DNA of 64,000 bases from Eledone cirrhosa (Eukaryota). Below the pieces are notes generated by a model that was not told where the DNA came from, did not search any database, and worked only from the letters and a program-made list of their open reading frames with translations. Positions 41,912-55,089 of this stretch are shown in pieces. Positions within the stretch are counted from its first letter, which is position 1. Each line of letters begins with the position of its first letter. A program made the translations under genes and the position numbers. Location of the stretch: the NCBI GenBank assembly GCA_964016885.1, contig OZ024753.1, positions 39,742,001-39,806,000 of the forward strand, written 5' to 3'.

Positions 41912-44766
41912 CTAAAAGAAAAAACAAGACAGGGAAAATATTAGTTTAGACAAAGAAAACAAAGTTCGAAATATCAATGATAAAGACATATCTAGAAAAA
42001 AATTAAACTACACATAACACACTGAATGGATTTTTAGTTGGTAAAAATATAAAGTCGCATGGTTTAGTGATTAGGATGTGCAGCTCACAATCGTAAGGTA
42101 AAACATATATAGAAAAAATAAACTACATTAAACACCCTGAGTGGGTTTTTAGTTTTAGCTGATAAAATTGTAAAGTCGCATGGTTTAATGGTTAGGGTAT
42201 TTGGCCCACGTTCGTAAGGTAAAGGCATATCTAGAAAAAATGACCTACACTAAACACGCTGAGTGGGTTTTCAGTTTTAATTGGTAAAATTATAAAGTCG
42301 CATGGCTTAGTTATTAGGGTGTCCGACTCACGATAGTACGGTTATGAGGTCGATTCCTAGGTAAAATTATAAAGTCGCATGGCTTAGTTATTAGGGTGTC
42401 CGACTCACGATAGTACGGTTATGAGGTCGATTCCTAGTAGTGCGTTGAGTCATTGAGAAAGAAGACATTTTGTTTCACGTTGCTCCCAGTTTTCTTATTA
42501 ATTTTTTCCAGGGGGAAAGAGAGGGGGCGATAAAGAGTGAAAGAAGACTGGTACTTTTTTTTTTATATCGATCTCAGCTGAATGAAAGGGAACGTTGATC
42601 TCTGTGAGGATTTGAACTCAGAGCGTGGAGTTGGAATAGATATCACAAAACATTGTATCGGATGTTTTAACGACTCTCTCAAATTTGAACTCGCCACCAT
42701 AGGCGCTGAGCTGGCCAGCCGCAGGTGGAATGGCTCTTCCAGCGCATCTCCCTTACCAACCTCCGGGGAAACGCCTTCTCCATTCTGTCTGCCGGGGCTG
42801 AGGGGTGGCCAGCACATGGGACCACATGTGCTCACCATACAGAGATGGGGGAGGGCGAGAGAGATGGGGGCGATGACGTGTTTGGACACGTTGCACCTGT
42901 CAAGAGTGTATTTTCATATTTACACATCTTCCTGTATACACCCAACATCCCCACACGAGAGTGTTAAGAAGGAAAGTATCATTTTCTTTTTGTTAGTGTA
43001 GAAGACTGTCACAGGTTACATTCACTGAGTCAACATTATCTGTCTATCGATCAGAGTAAATTCTGGGGATTAACAAGAACAAGTGATGCTGTACCGCAAT
43101 ATTTTCGATTCTTATGTCCCAAGTTCATAGAAGATAGCTTTCAACGTATTTAGCATGCTTTATATAACAATGATCACACATCTTCCTACACACACGTAAA
43201 GGCCAAACACATTTCCTGAATGTAATTAGGTGAAATTAAAGTGAAAAGAAAAAATACCTAATCAAAAACCCATAGATACAAATCGAAAATTAGAAATAGA
43301 AAATGAAATACGAAAAAAAAAAAAGTTCTATATTCGACATTAATCTAATGATAATTTCAGGTGAATTTCACACTTACTTGAATTATATCTGACAATGTTT
43401 TGTGTCAATTTGATTTTCGTTATCTAATCGAATTCTTTGTAAATTGATGTCCAATTCGCCATTAATTTACGTCAAAATTCGTAAGTAATGGAATTCACTA
43501 AAGTCAGAACTTTCGATTAGCTCCGATCAATTAAATCTATGATAAAAAATGTATCCCAACTCTGACCATCTCTGCTTTTTTTTTTTCTCCAAATACAGTG
43601 TATCTTGGATCACATAATTGTATTTGCCCTTTTTATTATTATTCTCATCAGCCAGCGGTCGATTGGCAGTATCAGTAGAGGGTCGGACGCCATGCTTTGC
43701 AGCATAGTTACGGCCCTTTACGATCTGAGTTCAAATCCCGCCGAGGTTGACTTTACCTTTCATCCTTACGGGGTCGATAAAATAAAGTACCAGTAATGAA
43801 CTGGGTAATTGCTGGCCTTGTGCCTAACGTAGAAACCATTATTATTTTCATCAGCCATATATACAGTCTTCCATTTATATCGGTATACTCGTATTATACT
43901 TAATATCATCACACACAGCAAATACGATTCACTCTCTATTAACCAAGACTCTAATTGAATATCTCCGATTACGCATCACTAAATTACACAACCTAAAGTT
44001 CAAATTCTAAAATACATGACATAAATTATACATTAGTAGTTACACTTTCCTAATTACACGCCCTTAACTGTTGGCACATCACTAAGTTAATCATTTTTAA
44101 TTTACGTCACTGTTTAATGAGGATATCATTATGGCATCTTCCAGGGCGGTAGATTGACCGGAATGGTAGAGCGTCGCAACACATGATTTGCTTCATAGAG
44201 TTACGTCTCTTTACGTTCTGAGTTCAAATCCAGTCGAGGTTAGCTTTGCTTTTCATATATATATACACACACGTATATATATATACACACACATATATAT
44301 ATATATACACAGATATATATATACATATACACACACACATATATATATATGGTGGCTGCCAACTCGTTTTCGAGTACGGCCACTACTTTATATCCATGTA
44401 GGAGAACCCCTACCGATGCACTGAACGAGTGTGACTTTTTAGTCCAGCCAGCGACTTGAAAACTCTCGTACAAACACTACACTTGTGACAATTATTGACA
44501 AATAGTGCTGGGCCCATGGTACCATGTGACGACAAGTGCAGAGAGATCTTCAGATATAAAGCAATGCCTGTGCCGTGAAGCTTTTATAGTGAGCAAAGGC
44601 ACTGCACAAAGCCAGTCCCACTCTCTTAACCAAGATGATATTTACCAAAAAGAAGAACAAGTCAACATCATTGTATATATATAGACACAGATATATATAT
44701 ATATACATATATACACATATATACACACATACTCAAGGCCTTACGTATATGTTCATTAATAATTAC

Positions 44767-44781
44767 CTGTTTGTCCATCAT
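44767..44781 (-). CDS. Candidate short first coding exon of the PDE7-like gene (MMDKQ)
   Basis: ATG ATG GAC AAA CAG|gtaatt, phase 0 compatible with next exon, in-frame stop 10 codons upstream; no homology support. Confidence 0.25.
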
Positions 44782-46269
44782 GCAAACTGATTTTAATGAC
44801 ACATGCTCTTACCCCCCCTCCCCCTTTAAACAGCATGACCGATTTTATTTCTTTTTTACATCACACGTGATCTGTTGCTAGCAATTTATTTAATATAATA
44901 GATGTTAATGATAATCAAACAGCGAATACAATACCACCAGCAGCAACACCAGCACCACTACCACTAGTACCAACATAACCACCACCACCTTCATTACCAG
45001 CAGCAGCACCACCACCACCACTAGCAAGAACACCATTACCACCACCGCTATCATTACCACCACCACCACCACCAACAACAATAACAATCACCACCACAGC
45101 ACCACCACCACCTTCATTACCACCAGCACTAGCATCACCACCATTACCACCACCAACATCATTGCCACCACCACCACCGCCAACAACAACAACCACTAGT
45201 ACCATCATAACCACCACTACTTTCATTACCAACAACAACAACAACAATCACCACCACAGCACCACCACCTTCATTACCACCAGCACTAGCACCACCACCA
45301 TTACCACCACCAACATCATTGCCACCACCACCACCACCACCAACAACAACTAGTACCATCATTACCACCACTACTTTCATTACCAACAACAATAACAACC
45401 ACCACTATCACCACCCCAGCAAGAGCAGCACTAGCATCACCACTAATACCACCACCAACACCAACACCACCACTACCATTATTACCACCACCACCATCAA
45501 CAATCACCACCACCACCACCACAACAACAATAACTACAATTACAACAAAAGAAATCCTCTCAAAACAAAATAAAGCATGTCTAGTTATAAATTTCATATG
45601 ACAAGATTGAATTTCACGATATCTCATTTTGTTTTATATTACTTGACTAGAAAAATAGCGTCGGCCATTTATAGTTATGGGGTATAGGACATGATAAAAA
45701 AAATTAGTGTCCATCTTGTTTTCTCACTTTTGTAGTTTTTCTAACGGTGTATATATATATATATATATATGTATGTATATATTGATGTGTGTGTGTCATT
45801 TATATATTATATACAGAACAGCTGTTTCCTTTTGATTTGATTTATCATCACCATCATAATCATCAGCATCATCATCGTTTGGTTTGGGTCGGACCTTCAG
45901 GTAGATGGGAAGTGGAAGGAAGTCACAAACAGAATAACCAGTCTCACTCAGAAATGACCAGAATGAAAGCTGTTTTTCAAAGGTTGGCTTGAGGTGGCCA
46001 ACACATATATTGTTACTGTGGTATATATTATATACTATCGCCTGACCGTCAGGGCGAGAAAATCCAGCTGCTAGCAACATTCACTTCGTTGTAGTCTTGG
46101 GATGTCATCGCTAATGATGTGTAGACACGTGTTACGTCTAAGTCACCTGCGGAATTACTTCAAATATTGCAACAATAATGATGATTAAAGTGAAGCCCAA
46201 CCAGTATGTGAACCTTTTGAGTGACATGTCTTTCCGTAACTCGTCTCCTTGACTGAGCTACAGTCTTGT

Positions 46270-46930
46270 GTCAAACGCAGACCAAAGTTTGGCACTTGCA
46301 ATTTAAATTGCTAGCCGGCTCTGAAGGAACTTTACCAGCTGGTCAACGTGATAGACGGATAGAAAACAACGCTTGGGTAGTTCTTGATGATGACGAACTC
46401 GGTCTAAACAGATTCTTCGGGAAGACTTTCAGGTCCGGGATTATGGACAATTTCCCAAACCAAACTTGGCTTGTCAGTGGTACAGAGCGTCTCAATTAGT
46501 TCGAGATGAGGTCAACAGGGACACAAATACCAACAGCCGGATCTGTCCAAGATGTACGCAAGGTGACGAAATCATCCTGCAAGTTATCGGCTAGTGTTCG
46601 TGAGCTTGTGCAAATATGTCATCACGTGCAGGACAGATCCGGTTGTCAGCCGAATCTATAGTGAAAATTAAACCGCGAGCTTCCTTTAGAAGGGATGAGG
46701 CACGGAAAGTCTTCCTGTACCTTGTAAACATAGCAAATGAATGTGTAAGGTGAACACGTACAAAACGTTTCAGGATAGGAATCATCTTCTCCAGCTAAAC
46801 CCTCAACAATTTCTTCAAGTACCACTTGAGACAAGGAAAGTGGGAATAGGGATAGAGATGCTGCTTTCAATTGTGTTTTATGAAAGATGGGTGAGAGTGG
46901 CAAGATTGGTGAGGACTACTCTGACGATAC
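46270..46930 (+). mobile_element. Decayed Tx1-like LINE ORF2 C-terminus
   Basis: zf-RVT-like ICPRC and terminal F.ERWVRVARL, similar to FAERWVNVAKM at 14179-14335. Confidence 0.6.
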
Positions 46931-49900
46931 CTTTTTAAGGAGGAAGACAATCAAAGCATAAAAAAAACAGGGAGAGGGCACTTAATCCAGTTTTGTATGA
47001 GGTTACCCCGGAATTACTCTAAAGCAAATTCCCACTCATTGACAGAACTTTTCCTTGTTAACTTTTGTATTGTGACCGTGGATATTTATTACAATCGTTG
47101 TTATTGTTATACTTAATATTCTTCTTTGGTGACGTTCCCTTTCTTTTACTCGATGTAAACCCTATTCTATGGTGATTTGGGTCCTTTTATTATTCACAGT
47201 ATCTTTGGCGTACTAACGTATTAACGTTTAGAACCGAACACTTCTTTGAAGAGAAAAATATCGTTTAGACTGAAACCTTTCATTAGAAAGAGAGAGAACA
47301 GCGTAAAATATATAGGACATCACTGATTAAATACGAGTTTGTTAAACCCATTTGCAAAACTTAAAATATACTGTACTATCCTACATAGTTGAATTTCTCA
47401 CACTGACGAAGTTCTTTACACAATACAGCATTACTCCCTTCTCTCTACGACATATAAACGGAACTAACTTCGCAAGTTTTATTAATTCTCTAACAAGCAG
47501 AGATTAATTCTTAATTTTTGGAAATTATCTTCCCTTTTCTTTGAGAGTCGCTATCAGAAACCAGTAGATTTTTATCACCTTCTTCCAACTAAGAGGAAAA
47601 TTTCAGCTAGTTGAGAATTGTCTTTTGTTTTTCACACGTTATTCAGTACATAAGCAACCTTAAATTATTTATCAAAATTCATGCCATTGGCTTATTTGAA
47701 TTATATTTCTTGGTTCGTTATAACTTTTAATTTATTTCCCTTTATTATACCATACTTATGTCAGGTCACTCTTGAGTGCTGCTGGTAGCGTGTAACTCAG
47801 TACAACCTGCCGCTTGGTCGGGTCGTCGGCGACTAAACCGGCATCCCCACCAAATTTACTTGGCGAGGAGGGTGATTTGGGACACCCTGCAGGACAAAAA
47901 ACAAAACCTGACAAAGGGCGGAAGAACCCATAAGGGTCAACGGCCATCTAAAAAAAAAAAAAGTCATGCCAAATCAACAGGTGGCAGTAGTTCCAGCTGC
48001 ACACATCGAAAAACTGGTGTAATGGTTCTCAGAACAATGCGGCTTTGCAGATGATCAATGCAAATTGACAATGGAAAGGCGCTCCCGCTCGAGTTGGAAG
48101 AGAACTATTGACTTTCCGGAGTAGTAGTAACCCCTGATTGTATTCAGTAACTGAAACAAATATGAAGTACACCAGATCCAATGCTCCTAGGTGTGGCTCT
48201 GGTTCTTTTTATTTGCGAGTGTAAACTCGGCCAGATTAGATAGGATTTTATACCATATTCACATCTATCTATTTTTTTCTTTTCATTTTCACATCTATCT
48301 ATTTTTTTCTTTTCATTTTCACATCTATTTTTTTTCTTTTCATTTTCACATCTATCTATTTTTTTCTTTTCATTTTCACATTTCTTATCTTCCAAAGCTT
48401 CACACACCCACAAGTTTTCCTGATCATCTTTCAATTTCATCTTTTCACACTCCTTTCATTTCTTTTTCTCCCCATCACTCAGTAAATCTTTCTATTTTCT
48501 TGTTGTTGATTTGTTTTTTCATGGCCTTCGCTATTTCTTTCGTTTCGTTAACACATCATCATTTCTTCTTCAATATTAGGGTTGTAATCTTCATTTGTTT
48601 TTTAACCTTCCCCTTTTCCGTCTCACTTCCATTCTCTTTGATTCTTTTTCATATTAATCGCTCATTCATTCTCCCTCTCTCGCTCTCTTCTTCGTTTTCT
48701 CATTCCCTCTCTCCATCTTTCTCTCTTTTTTCCCTCTCTTTCTCTCTCTCTCTCATTTTCTTTGATTATTTTCATATTAATCGCTCATTCATTCTTTCCC
48801 TCACTCTCTTCGCCCCTCTCTCTATTTTTATCTATCTATCTATCTATCTATCTTTCCCATTCTTTTACTATTTTCTTTCCAATCAATCAATCAATCAAAG
48901 TCACACTGTCTATATTAACTTTTTCTTTTTACCTCGATATATTTTACTTGTCACATACATTACATCGCTGCTAAAAGCCACCGAGAATTAGATGGTTGTA
49001 CAACCATCAGCAAATTTCATTACATACAAATCATGCAATAAAAAAAAAATGGTTTTTGATCGCGGACAAGTGTTTAACAATATTTGTTTCCGGCTCTTTA
49101 CGTTCCGAGTGTGAGTTCAAATCCTGCTGAAGTCAACTTTGCGTTTCATCCTTTCGAGGTCAAGTATCCGTTAAGTATTGTGGTTGATGTAATCTACTTT
49201 TTTTCTCTTCATAAAAAAATATTGGTCTTGTGCCATAATTAGAACTCATTATGACTTCATCCATGAACTACAGACTTTACTGTATTTACCGAAATATTAA
49301 TAAAAGAATTTGTGGAAGTAGTGAGGCAAGAAATAATGTTACAGATTTGCCTTGCTCTATATGTTTATGGTTGTACAAAACATAAACTAGCGACAATGTA
49401 TTACAAATGAAAGTTTATAGAGTAACTTGCCAAATATAACAACTACAATTGCTCAAAGATGGTTATAATTTGCAAGACATTGCTAGAGATGTAAGCAGGA
49501 AGTTATACACAAGCTACTATTGTGGGAATCAACTGACGGGAGATGTAGTAAAGAAAGACCTGCTGGAACCTTTATACAATAGACAAACCTTTAGACAACA
49601 CAAACCTCAGTAGGGAGCAGTTGCCAGGAGCAACGGAAAATTGTGAATTGTGGAGAGACTTTGTCAGGAATGTTAGACTGTGGTTGCAATAATAATAATA
49701 ATGATGATGATGATGGTGGTGGATGAAATAAATGGCATGAATTAATAAAAGTAAGCGAACACTTCGTCAGTTTCTGCAATGAGTAACATTACTGTTCGAT
49801 CAACAGAACTATTTATTTATTGAATTATAGTGTGAATGGCTGAGTATTCCACAGATACTTGTACTTTTAACGCAAGGAATACTCGAACAGAATCAATGTA

Positions 49901-50796
49901 ACAATGTGTGTGTGACAAAACTGGCATTTTACAACTGGCATTATATATAGTCAATAAAGTACCAGTAATACACTGGGTAATTGCTGGCCTTGTGCCTAAA
50001 GTAGAAACAATTATATATAGTCAATAAACTTTCAACAGTTTTCAGTTACACAATTCCACCAATAGTTTTAGATTTAGTACTTTAAGGGGATCAGTACTTT
50101 AAGGGGAGAGGAAAGTCGATTAAATCGATCCCAGTGCATTACTGGTATTTTATTTTATTTTATTAACGCGTTAAGGAAGAAAGGCAAAACTAACCTCGGC
50201 GGGATTTGAACTCAGAATGTAAATGGACGTAACTATATGCCGCAAACATATTAGAAGAATAAACAAATTGATTTCTTAAATTGGCTTAAGGGTGCAAAAA
50301 TCTTAATTGAGGGTTATAGGTAATTAGATCAACCGATCGATAGATCTTGTACATGACTTGTAGTAACTTGTAACTTAACACTGTAAACCTATTTTCTTTG
50401 GCACTCTACCATTTTATCACCTTCAGAACAATACAAATACTAATTAAATACATTGGCAGAAGGTCACAAATTCTTTGTGGAAACTGTAGATAATTCAATA
50501 AACCACAGTACCTGATTTGTATGACCTCAGAAAGATAAAAGGCAAAGATGACCAGTCTAGGTGGGTGTTGAACTCAAAATGAGAGTGACTGAGAGGCAAA
50601 GCAAGTAATCCCAGGTGGGTGTTGAACACAAAATGAGTGACTGAATGGTAAAGCTTATAATCCCAGGTGGGTGTTGAACTAAAAATGTATGAGGATCCGA
50701 ACAAACTATTCAGTTCATTCAGTTTGTATATTTATATCAGGTATTTTAGGCCTGGCAAAGATTTGCAAGCAAGTCCACAGATCTTCCGCTCAAATG

Positions 50797-50863
<67 letters not shown>

Positions 50864-51142
50864 TATACAGTATATATGTGTGTGTGTGTGTTTATATATA
50901 TACAGTATATATATATATGTGTGTGTTTGTATATATATATGTGTATATGTGTGTGTGTTTATATACACATATGAATGTAGTCCGTATAAATAGGAAATTA
51001 TATATATGGAAAAATAATTAGTACATATACGTTGATAATCATAAACACACACACACTCACATATATGTGTGTGTGAATATACATATATGTACACACACAC
51101 GCACACACACGCACACGCACGCACACACACACACACGCACAC

Positions 51143-51213
<71 letters not shown>

Positions 51214-51388
51214 TGTGTGAATATACATATATGTATACACACACACACACACACACACGTGTGTGTGTGAATATACATATATGTATACACACACACACAC
51301 ACACACGTGTGTGTGTGAATATACATATATGTATACACACACACACACACACACACACACGTGTGTGTGTGAATATACATATATGTAT

Positions 51389-51449
<61 letters not shown>

Positions 51450-51937
51450 CTAGATGATGAAGAAATAAAAATAAATTATGTTTGGAAGATGAAAGGTTAT
51501 TGATTTTCGTAGATGTTTGATTGAAATCGATGTCTACTCTCGGTTCACTGATTACAAGTTCGTCCCGCATCACTTGGCACTTGCTGAATATTGTCGGTAA
51601 AGCAACATAAGTACCTCGCTTCATTATACTATAAAAGAAATGGAGGACTAAAAGGTGCTTGGCCTATAGTAGATAGATTTCAACATGATTAGATAGTACT
51701 ATGTGGCATTGATCGTTGGATTATAACCACGTGGAGCCGATTCAATTCATATAAAGACTCTTTGAACTCCAGCAACAGTAAGCAATATACTATCGTTTGA
51801 GATTTACGGGAGTCGGCTGAAATGTTCATAGGCTGAAACAGTTCATAGACTGACAGATACTCTCATGTTATAACCCTCGTATGTATACGAGGGTTATAAC
51901 TTGAGAGTATCTTTGTCAGTCTATGAACCTTTTTTCA

Positions 51938-51974
<37 letters not shown>

Positions 51975-51975
<1 letters not shown>

Positions 51976-52174
51976 GTACGTTATTCCGGGTTGAATCGGA
52001 GGTAACCACAGTAAGTAAGGTACTCAATACATTGCAGAGTATAAAAGTTTTAATATAGATGAGATTCTACAGGACTAGAACTGTTTCATTCTTTAGAAAT
52101 CATCAGGAATCCCCTGATTCCTGATGATTTCTAAAGAATGAAACAGTTCTAGTCCTGTAGAATCTCATCTATAT
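51975..52174. mobile_element. Fold-back family A element with two opposed intact hammerheads (52062-52111 -, 52116-52165 +)
   Basis: Near-identical to 7998-8133 in reverse orientation; arms separated by CCCT; bounded by (TA)n. Confidence 0.85.
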
Positions 52175-52462
52175 ATATATATATATATAATGGAAAAATT
52201 TGAACAGGGACAAAACAGAGAGGCAGTACAACGAATGTTTATTAATTTCACGCTCTGGAGAGTGGGGTGTTGGCTCTCTCTATCACTATCTCTCACTCTC
52301 TCTCTTCTTCACTTTTTCTATCTCTCTCTCTATATATATATTCTTCACTTTCTCTATTTCTCTCTCTCTCTATCAACATGAATGACCTGTTATTTTTATC
52401 TAAAGACAATTTTTCCAATTCCATCTCGTCCGTCCTTTCAATCTATCTTATTTCTCATTCTT

Positions 52463-52498
52463 TCTTCTGATGAAAGACTAACGTCCGAAACGTTAAGA
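52463..52498 (+). ncRNA. Minimal hammerhead ribozyme (family D) in pseudo-LTR-like element 52373-52590
   Basis: UCUU-CUGAUGA-AA-GAC(UAAC)GUC-C-GAAACGUU/AAGA, the short-stem-III form known from Penelope elements. Confidence 0.8.
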
Positions 52499-52587
52499 CA
52501 GACCCTCTTCCTGCTATATCAGGCGTTAACCTAATATATTCCTTCTATATACTGTACCGATTGTGTTGTTATTTCTGTTTACCTTTT

Positions 52588-52646
<59 letters not shown>

Positions 52647-52647
<1 letters not shown>

Positions 52648-52863
52648 CGAAGGAAATGTGGTAAGGAACCAGGTGGACCATAACGCACCAAAGTACTCAA
52701 TACTTGGGGTAGTAGAGTGGGTAATAGGAACCAGTAAGACCCCGACGGCTGAGCTCAAGCCGTTTCGACGGCTAATTCTGGACTAAATGAAAATTTTCAT
52801 TTAGTCCAGAATTAGCCGTCGAAACGGCTTGAGCTCAGCCGTCGGGGTCTTACTGGTTCCTAT
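52647..52863. mobile_element. Fold-back family B element with hammerhead 3' half (GAAA-CGGC..GCCG-UC)
   Basis: Perfect 70 bp arms 52724-52793 / 52794-52863; relatives at 24492-24598, 30001-30138, 30434-30478, 40681-40910, 59716-59893; adjacent to TA-rich microsatellites. Confidence 0.75.
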
Positions 52864-54255
52864 ATATATATATATATATATATATGATTTCACAGCTCTA
52901 ATATCACACCTTCGTAGTCAGCCCAGGAACAACAACAATAACCACAATTACCCCCATCAATTGTATAACACTTATTTTGCTATTTTGATAACAGTAGAAA
53001 TATCTTCTACCTCTCCAATGTAATAACGTGTGTTTAGTTTTCAAATATAAAACGTGTTTAAATGCTTCCTTCTGCTAGTTTCAACTAGTTTAACTGGTTG
53101 GAACTGGTTGGCACTTCTCACTCGCGACATCTCCATGAAATTCTGTAGAAAAATATAATTAAAAGGAAATTCAAACCTGCTTTTCCTTCTTACAAGCGTG
53201 ATTTGCAACCAGGGAAGGCTGAGAGAAGTTGGGGGATTTATTTGCTAGGAATGTAGCACAAGCGAATTTATGTACACAGTTTTCAGCCTTTAATACCAAC
53301 ATATGATCTCATTATTGAGATAATCTGGATAGCGCTAGGTTTCCACTCAAACTCATCGGAATAATAAACAATAATAAACAAAATCTTTCCCAAACGATAA
53401 CCTACAGTTATGTAGAAAAAAAGGGAAAGTACATTGGATAGTGCCATCCTAAATACAGTATTTCTGAAAATAAATTTGAGCGATCACTTCTGGAATTGGT
53501 TACATGTTAACAATAGCACCCAGGAGTGACCTGACATGGTCGGGTCGTCGGTGACTAAACAGGCAACGAAGATTGCTTGATAATGAGGGTGATGTAGTAA
53601 AGGAAGACCTGCTGGAACCTTTATACAATAGACAATAGACAAACCTTTAGACAACACAAACCTCAGTAGGGAGCAGTTGCCAGGAGCAACGGAAAATTGT
53701 GAATTGTGGAGAGACTTTGTCAGAAATGTTAGACTGTGGTTGCAATGATGATGATGATGATGAATGATTTTGGACCCCCTGTGGGATGAAAACTAAGATC
53801 TGACAAAGGGTGGAGGAACTTATGAGAGTCAATGGCCATCCAATGATGTGTACATGTGTATATGTTGTGTGAGTGTATAAATATATGTTAAGAGTGTGCA
53901 GAGCTGTAGTAGCTTTCACTGGTTGACACTGGATGGTCTTTTATGGCGTCCCTGTGTGTCCCAGTGTCTGTCCAGTATGTCACTCAGCGAACTGATGTCA
54001 AACTGAAGACTCGCAATAAATGCTCATTCAAGCTGAACACCTAGCTTTTCTCAGGGGGTGTCTTGGGTGTTTTAATGATAAAACATTTGGAACCGATGCC
54101 ATAAAGCGTCCCTTTCGACGCTCTTACTATTCCACCAATCCAACTCCCTGAACAGGACTGGACTGGTACTTTATTTATCTATCTAGAAAGTACAGATACT
54201 ATAGTCATGGATACACGAGAATATAGGATCGTAACGGCTGAAACAATTGATTATA

Positions 54256-54620
54256 GCAGACCTGCCAACCCCTAAAAGCCCAAACGAAGAGTACCATGAG
54301 AGAAAGTGCCCCAAAAGGGGAGAAATGAGGCAGAATGGGGAGATTTTACATAATGATTTCTGATTTAGGCACAAGGCCGACAATTTTAGGGGAGGGGAAA
54401 GTCGATTAAATCGACCCCAATACGTTACTGGTACTTTATTTTATCGACACGTAAGGATGAAAGGCAAAGTTATCCTTGGCGGAATTTGAACTCAGAACGT
54501 AAAGGGCTATAACTCTATGTCGCTAACATGGTGTCCGACACTCTACCGATACTGCCAATCCACCTACCCCAAAGTGGGTGGAAGATCTCACCCGTTGGAC
54601 AGGAAGAGTTGGCAGGTCTA
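54256..54620. mobile_element. hAT-like MITE interrupted by a SINE; uninterrupted relative at 12867-13061
   Basis: TIRs AGACCTGCCAAC / GTTGGCAGGTCT; shared internal sequence. Confidence 0.6.
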
Positions 54621-55026
54621 TTGTAGGTCTCCTCTACGATTACTGACCATGGGTTAAACGACAACCTCGCTTGTTAAGCTATAAAACACACAAAGAAATG
54701 ACAAGAATAATAAGAAAGAACAACTAACTTCTCTTATGAAAGCAATCACTACTTCACGAATGTTAAATCTCCTCCAGCAATATCACCTCCACCCCCTCCT
54801 CATCACCACCACCATTGTCATCGTCGGCGTCATCGTCATCGTCATCGGCTCAGTAAGCTTAACGTGAACATGTTGCGTGTATATTTGTTTATAGTCTAAA
54901 GCTGTCATGTGTACACGTCTACTCGCATCAATATGTTGCTGTTGTTGAATTCGTTCCCACTACATCGACTAAACATTATCGTCTGACAACCCATATTTAC
55001 ATATTGCATCCAAGACAACGCGATAG

Positions 55027-55089
<63 letters not shown>

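Noticed and set aside
43378-43462. Additional PDE7 exon ending at a gtaagt donor
   Set aside because: Required phase-0 frame has a stop 10 codons upstream with no ATG after it
47776-47850. HDV-like ribozyme (GG-TCGTCGGCGA-CTAA-ACCGGCA); similar at 53545
   Set aside because: Could not build P1 and P3; the apparent P2 partner lies in an inverted fragment. A covariance-model search would settle it
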